Notes under the pieces: generated by a model
Seen by the model: only the letters and a program-made list of their open reading frames with translations
Database searches by the model: none
Told to the model about the DNA's origin: nothing
Made by a program: the position numbers and the translations under genes
Shown here: piece by piece, positions 37,715 through 52,202 of the stretch
How positions within the stretch are numbered: position 1 is the first letter of the stretch
How the letters are laid out: each line of letters starts with the position of its first letter
NCBI GenBank assembly: GCA_951406725.2
Contig: OX597821.1
Span: 41,106,001-41,170,000 of the forward strand
DNA length: 64,000 bases
Source of the DNA: Octopus vulgaris
Taxonomy: Eukaryota
Direction of reading: 5' to 3'

Positions 37715-38485
37715 ATTTATTGAGCAGAATTAGATAAGTTGAAATATTTTTGTCACATATTTCAACTGCTAAAACAAATGCATTTCAGTTACCATGGAAA
37801 ATAATTCTCTCTTATGGTTAAAAAAAAAAAGGTCTGAAAACACCCTGCTCGCTCTGTGTTTCCATCTATTAGGAATCTCAGATATTGATGTTTCAAGCTA
37901 CTTGGCTCTTGTCAATGAGATGTAACTAAGAGAGGCAACTCTGAACGAACTTCTAAAGCCATAGCTATATATATAATTCAGACAACACGTTGACTGAATA
38001 GTACAAGTTGATTGCCCAACTGAGGTAAATAACAAAGTGTCAGTGCTAAGCAGTGTGTAAGTATGAAAAGAATTAGGAAAGTTGAAGTATTTTTGTCACA
38101 TATTTCAACTTCTAAAAGACAAATACACTGTAGTTACCACGGAGAATAAATCTCTTTTATAGTAAAAAGGTGTGAAAACACCTGGTTCATTCAGTGTTGA
38201 CTAAATTATATATGTTGGCTTTATAAGTTCATTCAGAGTTTCCTCTCTTAGGTACATCTCATAGACGAGAGCCAAGTGGCTTGAAACATTGATGTCTAAG
38301 ATTCCTAATAGATGGCAACACTAAATGAACTGGGTGATTCCACACCTTTTTTTTCTTTTTAGTATAAGAGACATTAACTGCATTGTTTTTGCCTTTTAGA
38401 AGTTGAAATAAGTGACAAACATATTTCAACTTATTTAATTCTGCTCATTATTACATACTCCTTAACACTGACACGTTATTATTTA
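37715..38485. mobile_element. Two adjacent copies of a long-TIR MITE in opposite orientation
   Basis: 38025-38485 has inverted termini (gtgtcagtgctaag / cttaacactgacac); 37720-37990 is a reverse-oriented partial copy. Confidence 0.7.
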
Positions 38486-39892
38486 ATATTTATTGTCGCA
38501 CATAAAGACAATCAGTGTGGCCATTTAAATTAATAACATTAATAACATTAATAATTATGGACTGAGAAAGAGACACTACTCTGAAATTACAAAAAAACTA
38601 TCTGTCTGGCAACATCCAGTCAACCCAACATATATGAAATATATGTTATATTCATGGTTTCAAAGGTCTTTGGTTGTCTTCACAAATGTCTTCAGACATC
38701 ACCATGGCAGGAATGGAGGCCCATGTTGCTGAGCTGCCCTCAACATGCTTCATAGAGTTTGGTGCGAAAGTGGTCTTCTATAGGGTACAAGAAAAAGATT
38801 CTAGAAGACTACATCATGCCACAGCTTGACTCTGATTGGTTGCTTTTTTTTTCTTGTCCACAAGGGGCCAAACAAGGACAGACAAAGGGATTAAGCCGAT
38901 TACCCCACTGCATATCTGGTCCTTAATTTATCGTCCCCGAAAGGATGAAAGACAAAGTTGACCATGGTAGATTTTGAACTCAGAACGTAGAGACAGACGA
39001 AATACCAATAACGTTTCTGCCAGCTGCTTAATTGACCACTCACATGAAGCATGAAACTATTGTAGTTTGGTTATGGTGCCTGACCAGTTGTCTAGCAGTT
39101 ATGCTTTGAATCACATGTTACAATTCAGGAAGGAGGCAACCATCTACTTCATACACAGGTGCTAAGGGTGTGTTATATTTAAGGAAGGGAGCAACCAACT
39201 TGCTCATCACACAGGAGGGTCCAAACCCATGTTACATAACTGAATTGATGAATCATTCATTCAACATCCCTTAAAAATCGAAAAATACAGATTTATTATC
39301 CTAACAGATTTAAAGCCATTTTATTTATAGAACTGTGGTACCCTTATTTGACCGTTGACATCTCAATTTCGCCATTTTGTCATGCGTACCATTCTACCCA
39401 AACAGCAATCAGCAAACTGCCAACTGCTTCATCTACCAAAGCCTTTTTTCTCCTTTTCTCTCAACACAGTTGGTACATGGTTTCTCTCCCCAATAAAAAC
39501 CATCTACCAACTGTGTTACTTTGCACTCTCTCTCTCTCTCTCTCTCTTCCCCTTGCTCCCCTTCTCCCCCTCTCTTTTCCTCTCTCTCTCCCCTTTTTCT
39601 TCCCACTCTCTCCTCTCTCTCTCTCTCTCTTAGTTGGTCGTTTTATTGTGTGTTACTTCTAATCAGTCGTCTGAAGCAATGAAAAACATTAGGATGTTGA
39701 TTAATAATTTCCACAATTTTAAAAGGACCTACGACATCTGCCTTTAGTCTTCTTCTGGCCTTTAGCTATTTGTAAACATTGTCCATTTAAACAAGAAAAT
39801 GTCTGCGAACATTTTGGAGAACATAAATTATTCAGTTGACTTTGCAAAACAAGAAAGTAAGCATTTGCACTCTTGCAAAATATTTTGCCAAT

Positions 39893-39989
<97 letters not shown>

Positions 39990-39999
39990 TATATTCGCC

Positions 40000-40170
40000 C
40001 ATGATAGATCGCTGGCCACTACACATTCTTTATTTTCTCTCCTTGTTTCTTTCTGTGGAAGAGCATAGGCTCAAAACGTTAAAGACTTTTTCACCTACCA
40101 AGCGTTAAACTAATATATCTGTTGTCTACACCACCTGCCTTCGTCTTTTTTTTATGAATTCTCCTCTACA
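40000..40170 (+). mobile_element. Short (AT)n-embedded element with a decayed hammerhead-like motif (family of 4820-4998)
   Basis: ttctg-TGGAAGA-gcataggctc-AAAA-cgttaaagac. Confidence 0.55.
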
Positions 40171-40174
40171 CATA

Positions 40175-40210
<36 letters not shown>

Positions 40211-40233
40211 TGTATATATATATAACATATATA

Positions 40234-40645
40234 TTACCACAGACCAAATCTGTAGCTGGGGCAAAGTGCCTTCCAGACCTAGGGTAACATGGTGGTGGAA
40301 CATTGCTGTAGACAGGGCCATTAGAGCAAAGAAAAAGGCTTGGAGAAGCCATTATAAAAGACTGCTGAATGTGGAGAATGAATGGAAGGAGGAGAGTCTG
40401 CCAAAGGTTGACCCACTTGAGGGACCAGCTATCCAAATTGACAGTACCCAGGTAGATAAAGCAATTAAGGATATGAAGACGGAAAGCACCTGGCCCATCA
40501 GGAATCACTGTTGGGAAGCTTGAAATATCTGGCAGTGTGGGCTATGGTCTAGTCACCAGTACTGTAAATCAGGTAGTTCATGAAGGAGTCATACCCAATG
40601 ACTGGTGTAGCAGCACCATTGTCAACTGCTACAAGGGGAAAGGTT
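40234..40645 (+). mobile_element. RTE-like LINE ORF fragment upstream of the RT core, decayed
   Basis: RVTWWWNIAVDRAIRAKKKAW...VDKAIKDMKT(G)KAPGPSGI...EGVIPNDWCSSTIVNCYKGKG with frameshifts. Confidence 0.8.
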
Positions 40646-43600
40646 TCTAACAAACGTACAAATCTTCATCATTGGAATGTAGATAAAAATAATATCACGT
40701 ACTGAACTTGAAAAAACTCTTGCATATTTTTACTGTTCCACTTACAGGTTGTATTTGCAATGTGCATGTTTGCTGGTTGAAATAAAGGAAAATATAAAGG
40801 GAAAAAAATTAATAAAAAATAAATTATTGTTGTTCTCTGCATTGTTTAATTTGCTTTAGAATTCACACGTAAAAGACTTCTTCATTACATACAACAACTG
40901 CATAACGAGAGATAGCCTGGTAAATAATGAAGAAATAATACAAAGACCAAATCATAGACAACACATCAAATCTATAAGGATGCAGTTTAAAGTCAGGATA
41001 AGAAATACGAAACAAAGGTGTAATCCTCTATATATTGTCACTCAGCCTGCAAAAAATATCAGTCAAATCTCACACATATCTTTTAAAAAAGACACGTTGG
41101 ATTATGTAGTTCGTGATATGCTATGCTTGAATGAATTGATGAGATGGTTATAAAGGGAATCAATAACATTTTAAGCCATTTCCAAATATCATAATTAGAA
41201 CAGACTTCAGTTCAAGCAAACCACCCTGCTTTGGGAGATATATAGATACTCTGAGTAGCTGACATTCCTCATCAATAGGATAACTCTCCTCCGGTCATAA
41301 TATTCTGTTTCCATAGCAATCAAGTAACAGCCAATCTTCAACTCTCAGTCACTTGCCCATTCTCATCACAACACGCACACACACACACACACACAAATAA
41401 AAAGAATTCCAGAGATTTGGAACATGATCCTTGGAACGGTTTCATCCAAGTGATAGAATTATGGCGTGTAGAATCCCACATCATTGCAATCACCAACATA
41501 GATGTTGCAGCACAGACATTCAATGGAATATCAGTAAAAGTTTCCAAAAACTAAAAACGATAAAATAAAAGTGTATCTTGCAGGGCAAATAGCCAACATG
41601 ATAATTACCAGGGAGAAGCTGAAATGTAACGCCAACACCACATGCAAAGGAAATAAAAGTTAGCATCAAACAATGAAACAAGGAAATAACAAAGAAAATG
41701 AAGCCGAGAAAAGCAGAAAAACTGGCAAATATTTGTATCCAGAATAAACGACAAGTGAAGCAGTAAAACATTATGCAAAGTAATTAGTAACATCAACAGT
41801 TCAATAGGTCGATAATGGGGACTACACGTGGTCATCTGAAGTGCTAGAAATAAGAACTAAATCTCCCTTAACCCACATTATTCTACTGATTTAGAAAAGG
41901 GAAGAAAGACTGGATGATATAGTCCTACATATTGCCAAACAGACAGCATTTTCATAGTTGGGGTGTAGTACAGTTCCATCAGTATTCTTTTCTACTCTAG
42001 GCACAAGGCCTGAAATTTTGGGGGAGGGGTCAGTCGATTAGATTGACCCCAGTACGCAACTGGTACTTAATTTATCAACCCCGAAAGGATGAAAGGCAAA
42101 GTTGACCTCAGCAGAATTTGAACTCAGAACGTAAAGACAGACAAAATACCAGTAAGCATTTTGCCCGGCATGCTAACAATTCTGCCAGCTCACTGCCTTT
42201 CACTTCATCAGTTTTCGCCCAGGGTTAAACAATAACAATAACAATAACAACCACTCTGCCAATGGCCACATCATATTATATGAGATAACAGAAGACAAAC
42301 TGGGTACATAAAAAGCACCATTCGAACATGGTTGTTGCCAGTGCCACCTGACTGGCTCCCATGCTGATGGCATATAAAAAACATCCACTACAACCTAGGA
42401 GTGGTTGGCATTAGGAAGGGCATCCAGCTGTAGAAACATTGACAGATGGAATTGTATCCTGGTACAACTTTCCGGCTTGCCAGCCTCCAGTCAAACCGTC
42501 CAACCCATGCCAGTATGGAAAGTGGACATTAAACGACGATGATGATGGTGATGATGACTATGATGAGGGGCAAGAGAAAAGAACACAGAAAGTATAACAC
42601 TCATAACCTAATCCTTCCTGTCCTCCTTTCAACAGGCTTTGATAAACCCACAATTTATCCACTCAAAAGCCCAGGGCCAAAGAAACAACAAGAATTCATA
42701 GAGTTTGTAAGAAATATTGTAGTCCCAAACTTACAATAATTCTTTGCATATCATTATGAAAACTGACAATTCCTCACAATCTCTGTTTGATAAACCTTTC
42801 TATTGTAGGCACAAAGTCTGAAATTTGTGAGGAGGGATCTAGTCGATTACATCAACCCCAGTGTTTAACTGGTACTTATTTCGTTAGCCCTAAAAGGATG
42901 AAAGGCAAAGTCAACTCCAGCAGAATTTGAACTCAGAACATAAAGACAGACAAAATGCTGCTAAGCGTTATGTTTGGCATGCTAATGATTCTACCCATTC
43001 ACTGTGTTAAAATCTCTCTGTTTAATAATGACTGATGTAAATGTTTGTTGGTTGGTTTCTCCAGTCACACCTTACATTGTACAGAGAGGTGATGACAGGG
43101 CAAAAGAGAGATACTGAGAGGAACAGAATGAGTGCACATACTAGGCTTGGTGATGAGCAATGAGTAACTGGGTGCTACACACACACTCTGAGAGAGAAAA
43201 AGTCAGAGAAACTGAAGAGAAGGAGGAGAAAGAATCATCATCATCATCATCCTTTAACATCTGTTTTCCAAGCTGGCTTGTGGTGTACACAAACACACAC
43301 ACATATATTTTGTAAATAATAATAATTATTATAAGTTTTAAGCTTATGGGCATTCACTGCATATTGGCTGAAGAAAATAGTCTAATATTGAGGCATTTAA
43401 GCCCTCAATGGAAGAAAGTAAGTATTAGTATTCCCATTATCATCATTTAACGTCCGTTTTCCATGCTGGCATGGGTTGGACGGTTCGACTGGGATCTGGG
43501 AAGCCAGAAGGCTGCACCAGGCCCAGTCTGATCTGGCAGTGTTTCTACAGCTGGATGCCCTTCCTAAGGCCAACCCCTCCAAGAGTATAGTAGGTGCTCT

Positions 43601-44954
43601 TTTACATGCCACTGGCACAGGGGCCAGAGGGAGCTAGCAGTACATACTAATTCCCACTTTCTTCCATCGAGGGCTTATATGCCTCAGTATCAGACTATTT
43701 TCTTCAGCCAACACAAAGTAAACGCTTTTAAGCTTTAGGCTTAGAATTAGTGAATTATCATTATTATTTACAGAATTTTCACTGCTAACCATTTCTTCCT
43801 TTAACACAGAATGTGTGTGTGTATGTATGTATATGTATCTATGAGAGAGAGAGAATGCATGTGTGTGTGTGAACATTTGTATTATAAAACCAACAGTAAC
43901 TGTGTTTTTACAATATTTTTCTAAATTTTGAATATTGTTTTGTTTAATTTTATCTTAATAAATACCTCTTTTTTTTTTACAGAATGGTATTCATTTCATC
44001 ATTTTGAATAAACTCCAAGAAATTTGATGATCATATTTATTGTGGATATGCCATAACTGCTTATGTTACCCAATGGTGGTAAAAGTATACTTCTAAAGTT
44101 ATCCATTATGTGATGAGTAACACTCTAGTATAACAATAAATCCTTGCCCACCACCCTCGATCTACATAGTCTTCTTCTCAACTATATCATGGACTCAGAC
44201 TGTATGCATGTATTTAGAACAAAAACCAAAATTCTTGTGTCAAGAATGGAAGACAATGTTTCCATGACATTTCAGAAAAAAAAATAGACAAATCTTCATA
44301 TATCACTCTCTGCTGTCTTAAAATAAGGAGTTGTTGGAGAATATAAACTTAGATGAAATATGAATAAATTCACATATAATTTCGACCTTTATCTTTCATT
44401 TCTATGAAAAAAAAAGTAATATTGTATGTTCAATCTTGACCAACCAACTTACCTTATTTGTCTCACTCTATGGGGAAGTCATCACAAAATACCATTATTT
44501 ATTTCTTTATTGCCCACAGGGTGGGGGTGGGGGCTAAACTTCGAGGAGACAAACAAGGACAGACAAAGGGATTAAGTATATTACATCGACCCCCAGTGTG
44601 TAACTGATACTTATTTAATCGACCTTGAAAGGATGAAAGGCAAAGTTGACCCCGGCAGAACTTGAACACAGAACGTAATAACAGCAGGCATAATACTGCT
44701 AAGCATTTCACCCAGCATGCTAATGATTCTGCCAGCTCATTCCCCCATCCCCAAATACCATTATTAGAAGAAACTTCTGTTCAAGTAAGACACCCTGCTT
44801 TGGGAAGTTTGTAGATACTCTGAGCAGTCAACATACCTCATCAATAAGATAAATCATCTCCAGTCATAATATTCTGTTTCATACAGTTATCATTTATTAC
44901 AAACGATCTTCAATTCTCTTTCAGCCACTTGCACATTGCCATCACAACACACAC

Positions 44955-45265
44955 ATCATCATCATCATCATTCATTGTTCGACCGTGTTTGAGACAATGG
45001 AATTTACTGTTACGCCAGACTTCACGGTTCATCATAGCATTACGGAGGTCCCATTGCTGGATGCCTGTATCCCTGAAGATTACATCAGGGTAGGAGAGTG
45101 TGCGCCCTCTGGTATCGTGAGCAGATGGCTTCCAGAGGAGAAGAGTAGAAATTACCTCGTTTTCAGCTCTACAATAATGTCCAGCAAACTGGACTCTTCT
45201 ATCTTTCTCAAGAGATGATACTGATACAGGTGGTAATTTCCCATGCAAGCTCTGTAGCTTTATGT
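44955..45265 (-). mobile_element. RTE/RTEX-like LINE 3' end with (GAT)n tail
   Basis: RRVQFAGHYCRAENEVISTLLLWKP...GRTLSYPDVIFRDTG...AMMNREVWR. Confidence 0.75.
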
Positions 45266-45580
45266 CAATGATTCAGAACAGTAGCCAGAATTATACTCTA
45301 TCTCCACAGGTTCAATAAGAATTATGCTTTTAAATGTAAAAATGTTATGAACCAAGAAAGCCTTCACTGTTACGTAAATCTTTATTAGAGGCGTATAGCC
45401 TGAATAGAGAGGGGACATAACAAGGACAGACAACACAAAACATGGGGTACATATAACGAAAAATAATTATGAAATGAAATATTTACAATGGATGGAATGG
45501 AATGGCTTACGAGCCCCCCACCCCCACCCCACCCCCCCAAAGCTCGCAGTTTCATTTTATTGTTCATATCTACAATTATT

Positions 45581-45993
45581 GGCAGCGAGCTGGCAGAAAC
45601 ATTAGCGCGCCGGGCGAAAAGCTTAGCGGTATTTCGTCTGTCGTTACGTTCTGAGTTCAAATTCTGCTGAGGTCAACTTTGCCTTTCATCCTTTCGGGGT
45701 CAATAAATAAAGTACCAGTTGTGCACTGGGATCGATGTAATCGACTTAATCCCCTTGTCTGTCCTTGTTTGTCCCCTCTATGTTTAGCCCCTTGTGGGCA
45801 GTAAAGAAATAGGTATTTCGTCTGCCGCTATGTTCTGAGTTCAAATTCCGCCGAGGTCAACTTTGCCTTTCATCCTCTCGGGGTCGATAAATAAAGTACC
45901 AGTGGCGCACTGGGGTCGATGTAATCGACTTAATCCCTTTGTCTGTCCTTGTTTGTCCCCTCTATGTTTAGCCACTTGTGGGCAGTAAAGAAA
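45581..45993 (+). mobile_element. SINE family B tandem dimer
   Basis: Second unit starts at gtatttcgtctg (~45813). Confidence 0.88.
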
Positions 45994-46415
45994 TACATAT
46001 CTACAATTATAATTATCTGGGGTGTTCATCCGCTATGTGCTCCATTAGTTGCTCCAGCTCCACCACGCTGGGCAGACTGTCGTAACATACACAGAGTCTG
46101 GCGTACACAATAGTAACCGAGAATAAATCTATCAATCTGTCTACTGTTTCTTTCTCCAACAATACTGCCATCACTGTTACAATTTGTTCTTCATTGTTTA
46201 TTAAAAGTACAAATTGTAACAAAAAAAAGCAATATCCAACAATTTTTCTGAAAAAATGGAGTTGTTGACAGTAATTAATTATTCGTTTGCTTAACAGAGG
46301 TCACCTGAGACTAAACATCAACAACATATAGACCGTCTCTGCGCTTACCAGATGTTATTACACCCAACATATTGGTATTGTCATAATGGCAATATGTACA
46401 GTACAATAACAATAT

Positions 46416-46658
46416 TTACTCTTTACTCTTTTACTCTTTTACTTGTTTCGGTCATTTGACTGTGACCATGCTGGAGCACCACCTTCAGTCGAGTAAATCA
46501 ACCCCAGGATTTATTCTTTTTAAGCCTAGTACTTATTCTATCGGTCTCTTTTGCCAAACTGCTAAGTTACGGGGATGTAAACACACCACCATCGGTTGTC
46601 AAGTGATGTTGGGGGACAAACACAAACACATAAACACACACACACACACACACACACT

Positions 46659-46694
<36 letters not shown>

Positions 46695-46855
46695 CATATA
46701 TACGACAGGCTTCTTTCAGTTTCCATCTACCAAATCCACTCACAAGGCTTTGGTCGGCCCTAGGCTATAGTAGAAGACACTTGCCCAAGGTGCCACGCAG
46801 TGGGACTGAACCCAGAACCATGTTGCTGGTAAACAAGTTACTTACTACACAGCCA
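46416..46855 (-). mobile_element. SINE family A
   Basis: Match to 5408-5822; gtacaataacaa-like target duplication on both sides. Confidence 0.9.
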
Positions 46856-47160
46856 AAGTACAATAACAACATAGAGGCTGCAATAATAGTCTGTCAGGTT
46901 CAAAACAACACATTTAGAATCTGTAATTTCTAAAATGATAAAAACAGAATTTTTTCATCTAATTTTGTTACAACATCGCAATCATTCCAATATCTTTTTC
47001 GTTTTGTTTTTTTTTTTTTGTTGAAAAGTAAAGCATGGTTCCTCTCTAGGCATAAGAAGTAAGATGCATCTAGGAAAATTAGTCTTGGACAGAAAGTGGC
47101 ATTTAAATTAGTCATCTACAGCCATAATTCCACTTGATGAGGACTAGCTAGGAGCTGAAA

Positions 47161-47576
47161 AGGTGGAGAGCTGGCAGAAGCATTGGCACACCAGGCAAAA
47201 CGCTTTGCAGTATTTCGTCTGCCACTACATTCTGAGTTCAAATTCCACCGAGGTTGACTTTGCCTTTCATCATTTTGGGGTCAATTAAATAAGTACCAGT
47301 TACACACTGGGGTCGATATAATCAACTTAATCGGTTTGTCTGTCCTTGTTTGTCCTCTCTGTGTTTAGCCCCTTGTGGGTAGTAAATAAATAGGTATTTC
47401 GTCTGCCGCTACTTTCTGAGTTCAAATTCCGCCGAGGTCGACTTTGCCTTTCATCCTTTCGGGGTTGATTAAATAAGTACCAGTTATGCACTGGGGTCGA
47501 TATAATCGACTTAATCCGTTTGTCTGTCCTTGTTTGTCCCCTCTGTGTTTAGCCTCTTGTGGGTAGTAAAGAAATA
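47161..47576 (+). mobile_element. SINE family B tandem dimer
   Basis: Same junction at ~47394; flanking gactagctagga / gactaactagga duplication. Confidence 0.88.
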
Positions 47577-49924
47577 GACTAACTAGGAACTTGAACAGCA
47601 GCAAGATCTGCCGAATTTTGTTTGAGTTTTGGTTTTATCTTAAGTTTATAGTTTTTATTTCTGTTTATCACAAATGATTGAGTTGGCAGTTATGGTTGTG
47701 AGACAGGTTAAATGTTTGCTGGTAGCTAATTCATTGTAATAAATTTATCTTGTTACATTCAAAAGTCATGTAAGTCTATTTCAACTTGAATCATTTGAAG
47801 ATCAATAAAGTAATAACCAATACCACACTATGATTGATTCAATCAACTATATCATATGTTTCTTCCACAAAAACTGTCTTTATGATTTACTGTCATTAAA
47901 TGGCAAATATTTTATTTTCTACTTCTTTCCTTCATTATAAATAGCAGTATAGTAACTGTTTCTCCATTGTAAGGAGGTGGGGGAAATGAAGGACACGAAA
48001 GAAAAGCTTCTGTGTCTTTTTTTTGGTAAGGTTTTATGTATTTCTTATATGATTTTTTAATTTATTTTTATGTAGATTAACAATAATTACATACAAGTAT
48101 TTTAACAATCTCCCCCATCCTCACACTTTGGACATAAAGATATTATGAGAAAGATAGTATACAAAAATTTTGTTTTAAATGTTAAAAAATGGGAATGTAA
48201 ATGTTTTATTCGAGCAATTTCACAAATTTGCTTTTGTTATTATTGCAGCAGTGGAAGATAAAATTATTTTCTTATGGCTTAACCTTTTTTCATTACCATA
48301 TTTCTAATGAAGTACGGTACTTTGTTTCAATTAACTTTGAAAAATAAGAAAGAATTTAGTAAAATAAAAACAAGCTGGTGTTTGGAATATAAATTAATGT
48401 GAAATTGCAATGGAAGGTTTTTACGTCACGTTAAAACAGGACATTTATATTGTGGAACCAGAAATGGTCTCAGGAGGGTTGGTATCAGAGGCATGAATAA
48501 GGGGAAGAAGGATAATACCCCATAAACCATTCCAGAGCCACTTTAATGACTTGCTGGAAAAAGGAGGGTTTGTTTATATTAACAAAGTGTATTCTATTAA
48601 AAGCATCCTTGGACCAAGGGCTGGGGTAAAAACAAAATTACAGATTATTTCTTCAAAGGACTCATTTCAGATAAAACTCAACCCCAATATCACAAGTGCT
48701 CCATTATATTCTGAAATCAAATCATACCAACACTAATTTTGCCTTTCGTTTTTCTAGGGTTGATAAAATTAATACCAGTAATATTTGGAGATTAATTAAA
48801 CCATTTTGACATCAAACTACCTGAGACCCATGGCACCATCTTTCTATTTTAAAGTAATAGAAATTAAAATTTCATGTTAATTTATGACCCAAAAATCAGC
48901 TTGATAATAACAAAGTTATTTAATTATACTCTTCGTTATTTTCAAAATTAATTAAAAGAAAAACAATGTATTTTAACAAAAATGTTAGCAATGAAAGCTT
49001 GAAACCAACTACAACCAACTTCACACACACATCTAATTATTGGCCTTGTGTTGAAGTTAACAATCGTTATTTTTACAGTTTTGAATATGTTTTTATTTTT
49101 AATGCAAATTAGATTTTCTATAACAGAGTGTTTGAACTGTAACCTCTTCAGTTAAAATATTTCATCTGAGTTCAACCAATTCTGAATCTATTACATTTAA
49201 CACTTCTTTCGTATTTATAAACAGTCACAAATTTACTCAGGATCTCAAAGACACTCTGCCATATTTTGAAAGACAGCATGTCAAACCCAAGCATTATCTG
49301 TCATTCTATACTTTACTACCAAAGATTAGTGAAGGTACACCAGAGATTCTTTTTAGTTCCATGATAAAAATGATTGGTGCAAATCCCCTTCTGTGAAGGA
49401 TTCTTTGGGTGCTAGTCACTCCAAAGTCACAGAAATTACTTTCATTTTGAGGCATGAAAAGCAAGCATTCTTCCTCCCACAACATAGAGTCATATTCAGT
49501 TATTATTTCTTACAATAACACTTAACACCATCCCAAACTCAGTAGAATCAAAGCTATCTCTAAAACTGACTTCAAATTTTGACACAAAGCCAGTAATTTT
49601 GGAGGAAGGAGCTTAATTAATTACATTGACTCCCCAGTACAAAACTGGTACTTATTTTATCGACCCCGAAAGGATGAAAGGCAAAATTGACCTCAGTTGA
49701 ATATGAACTCAGAATGTAGAGACAGATGAAATGCTACTATGCATTTTGCCTGGCATAACAATTCTGCCAGCTCACTGCCTTAAAGCAATCTCTAATACTG
49801 GTTTCAAGTGTAAGTTGAGTAGGGTGAGGGTTAGGGCTAGATCAACCCCCCACCCCCAGTGTTCAACTGATATTTATTTTACTGACCCCCCACCTCTACT
49901 TAAGCAGAATCTAAATTCAAAATC

Positions 49925-50492
49925 AAAATAAAATCAGGATCGAAATCAAAATGGAAATTGTAATCATCGCCGATGCCAGTGCCGCCTGACTGGCACCTGT
50001 GTTGGTGGAATGTAATAAGCACCAGTCAAGCGTGGGTCGATGCCAGTGCCGCTTGATTGGCACCTGTGTTGGTGGCATATAATAAGCACCAGTCAAGCAT
50101 GGATTGATGCCAGTGCTGCCTGACTGACTCCCCGTGCTGGTGGCATGTAAAAGGCACCATCCGAATGCGGTCAATGCCAGTCCAAATCCCCTGCCCTCTC
50201 CCCATCCCCTCCCCGATTGGCTTTTGTGTCGATGGCACGTAAAAAGCGCCATCTGTACATGGATGATGCCAGTGCCACCTGACTGGCTCCCATGTCAGTG
50301 GCACATAAAAAAAAAGTACCCACTACACTCTCAGACTGGTTGGCATTAGGAAGGGTATACAGCTGTAGCAAACCTTGCCAGATCAGATTGGAGCCTGGTG
50401 CAGTCATCTGGCTTTCCAGTCCCTAGTCAAACCGTCCAACCCATGCCAGCATGGAAAACGGACGTTAAGCAATGATGGTGATGATGATGATG
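49925..50492 (+). mobile_element. SINE-like family C with multiple internal tandem units
   Basis: Repeated gatgccagtgccgcctgactggc units and ggacgttaag...(gat)n end. Confidence 0.85.
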
Positions 50493-52202
50493 AATGTAAA
50501 GATGGACAAAATGTCACTGGCCATTTTGCCCAGTGTGCCAACTCACCACCCAAACATCATCTCTAATATTAATTATTGGAATTAAATGCCATAGATGTCT
50601 TAATCATCGTCATTACTATATGTAACCGCAATCCCCTCCACCATCACCACAAAGATACACCTAACCTATCACCCTCATCGTGTTCTTTCCCATTTATCAA
50701 TAAGGGCTGCAGTCAGGCAAGACAACATTCCTTGATTCAACTCAATCCTGTACAATTTTCTTTGTGAAACCCTACTTTGCTGGTCCTCTCTAACTTTTCT
50801 CTTCAGCACTTCTTGATTTCACTGAATCTCAACTTTCTTCCATTGTCAGCTTGCTGGCAGTTTTCCAGATTATTTCCAAGAATAGAATAAAGAGAATTCC
50901 TTCAGGCTCTATTAGCTTTAATATATTTGGGATACTTTTTTCAAATATGAATCGAATGAGAGATATTTTCTCTATTCTTGATATAGATTCAATGAACTGA
51001 TCGTACATTAGTTGTGAACTCAACAGATCGTTTCCTCTCTGAAATCAAAATATTTCAATTGAATCAACTCCACAAAAGTATGAAATATCTTACAATCAAT
51101 TCCTTCTTTCTTCAATTCAATTGTGCTAATAACCTATTGAGGGATATTGCTGTCCATCATAAGCCATCTATAATCGTTTGCTATGGAAGCCATTCTACGT
51201 GTGTGAGGCCAATAAAACAAAAGCAGTAATACAAGAACAGTCTTTTAGAGATCATGTTTTTAAATGTATTTTAAGAATTTCAAGTTAACAGATATTTTTA
51301 TGGTTTCTACTAAAACTATCTGAACCCAAAAACTGAATTCAAAACCAAAGAGTTGAGAAACAAATTTCTTAACCACACAGTCACATTTGCACCTGTATTT
51401 CATCATCATCATCATCATCATCATCGTTTAACGTCTGCTTTCCATGCTAGCATGGGTTGGACGATTTTGACTGAGGGCTGGCGAATCAGATGGCTGCACC
51501 AGGCTCCAACCTTGATCTGGCAGAGTTTCTACAGCTGGATGCCCTTCCTAATGCCAACCACTCTGAGAGTGTAGTGGGTGCTTTTATGAGCCACCAGTAT
51601 GGGGGCCAGTCAGGCGGTACTGGCAATGACCTCGCTCAAATCTTTTTACACATGCCAACAGCACAGGTGCCAGTAAGGTGATGTTGGTAACAATCACACT
51701 CGAATGGTGCCCTTTTACATGCCACGTCACGGGGGCCAGTCAGGCGGTAATGGCTATTTTACAAACACCTCTTGTCAATTTACAAACACCTCTTGTCACT
51801 TTACAAACACCTCACGTCCTGACCAAATGAGTATATGATTAATTGTTTTAACATTAAACATCTCAGGTGACAAACGTTGTCTCAAGTAACAAACATGCAA
51901 TTCAGCAACAATGGTTGGCGCCGTACTGGGAGTATCAAAGGGAGAGCATCAGCTGCTGTCTGGCTTTCACAGTCCTGCCTGAATTCGCCTTCTCTTGGAT
52001 TTTCCTTTGGAAAAATAGTTTTGATTTACAAACATTTTGATTGACAAACAGCCTTGAGGAATGAATTAGATTCATCAAATAATGTTTCACTATATTTTAA
52101 ATTACTCAGTGAAAACAGCTGGGGGTCATACAGTTTTTAAAAAGTATTTAATGGGGTCAATGACAGGCTAATGTAACCAATAAACAAAATATGGCTTAGT
52201 TC

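Noticed and set aside
51758-51813. CRISPR-like direct repeats (21-nt unit, ~2.7 copies)
   Set aside because: No spacers and a eukaryotic context; a simple tandem duplication
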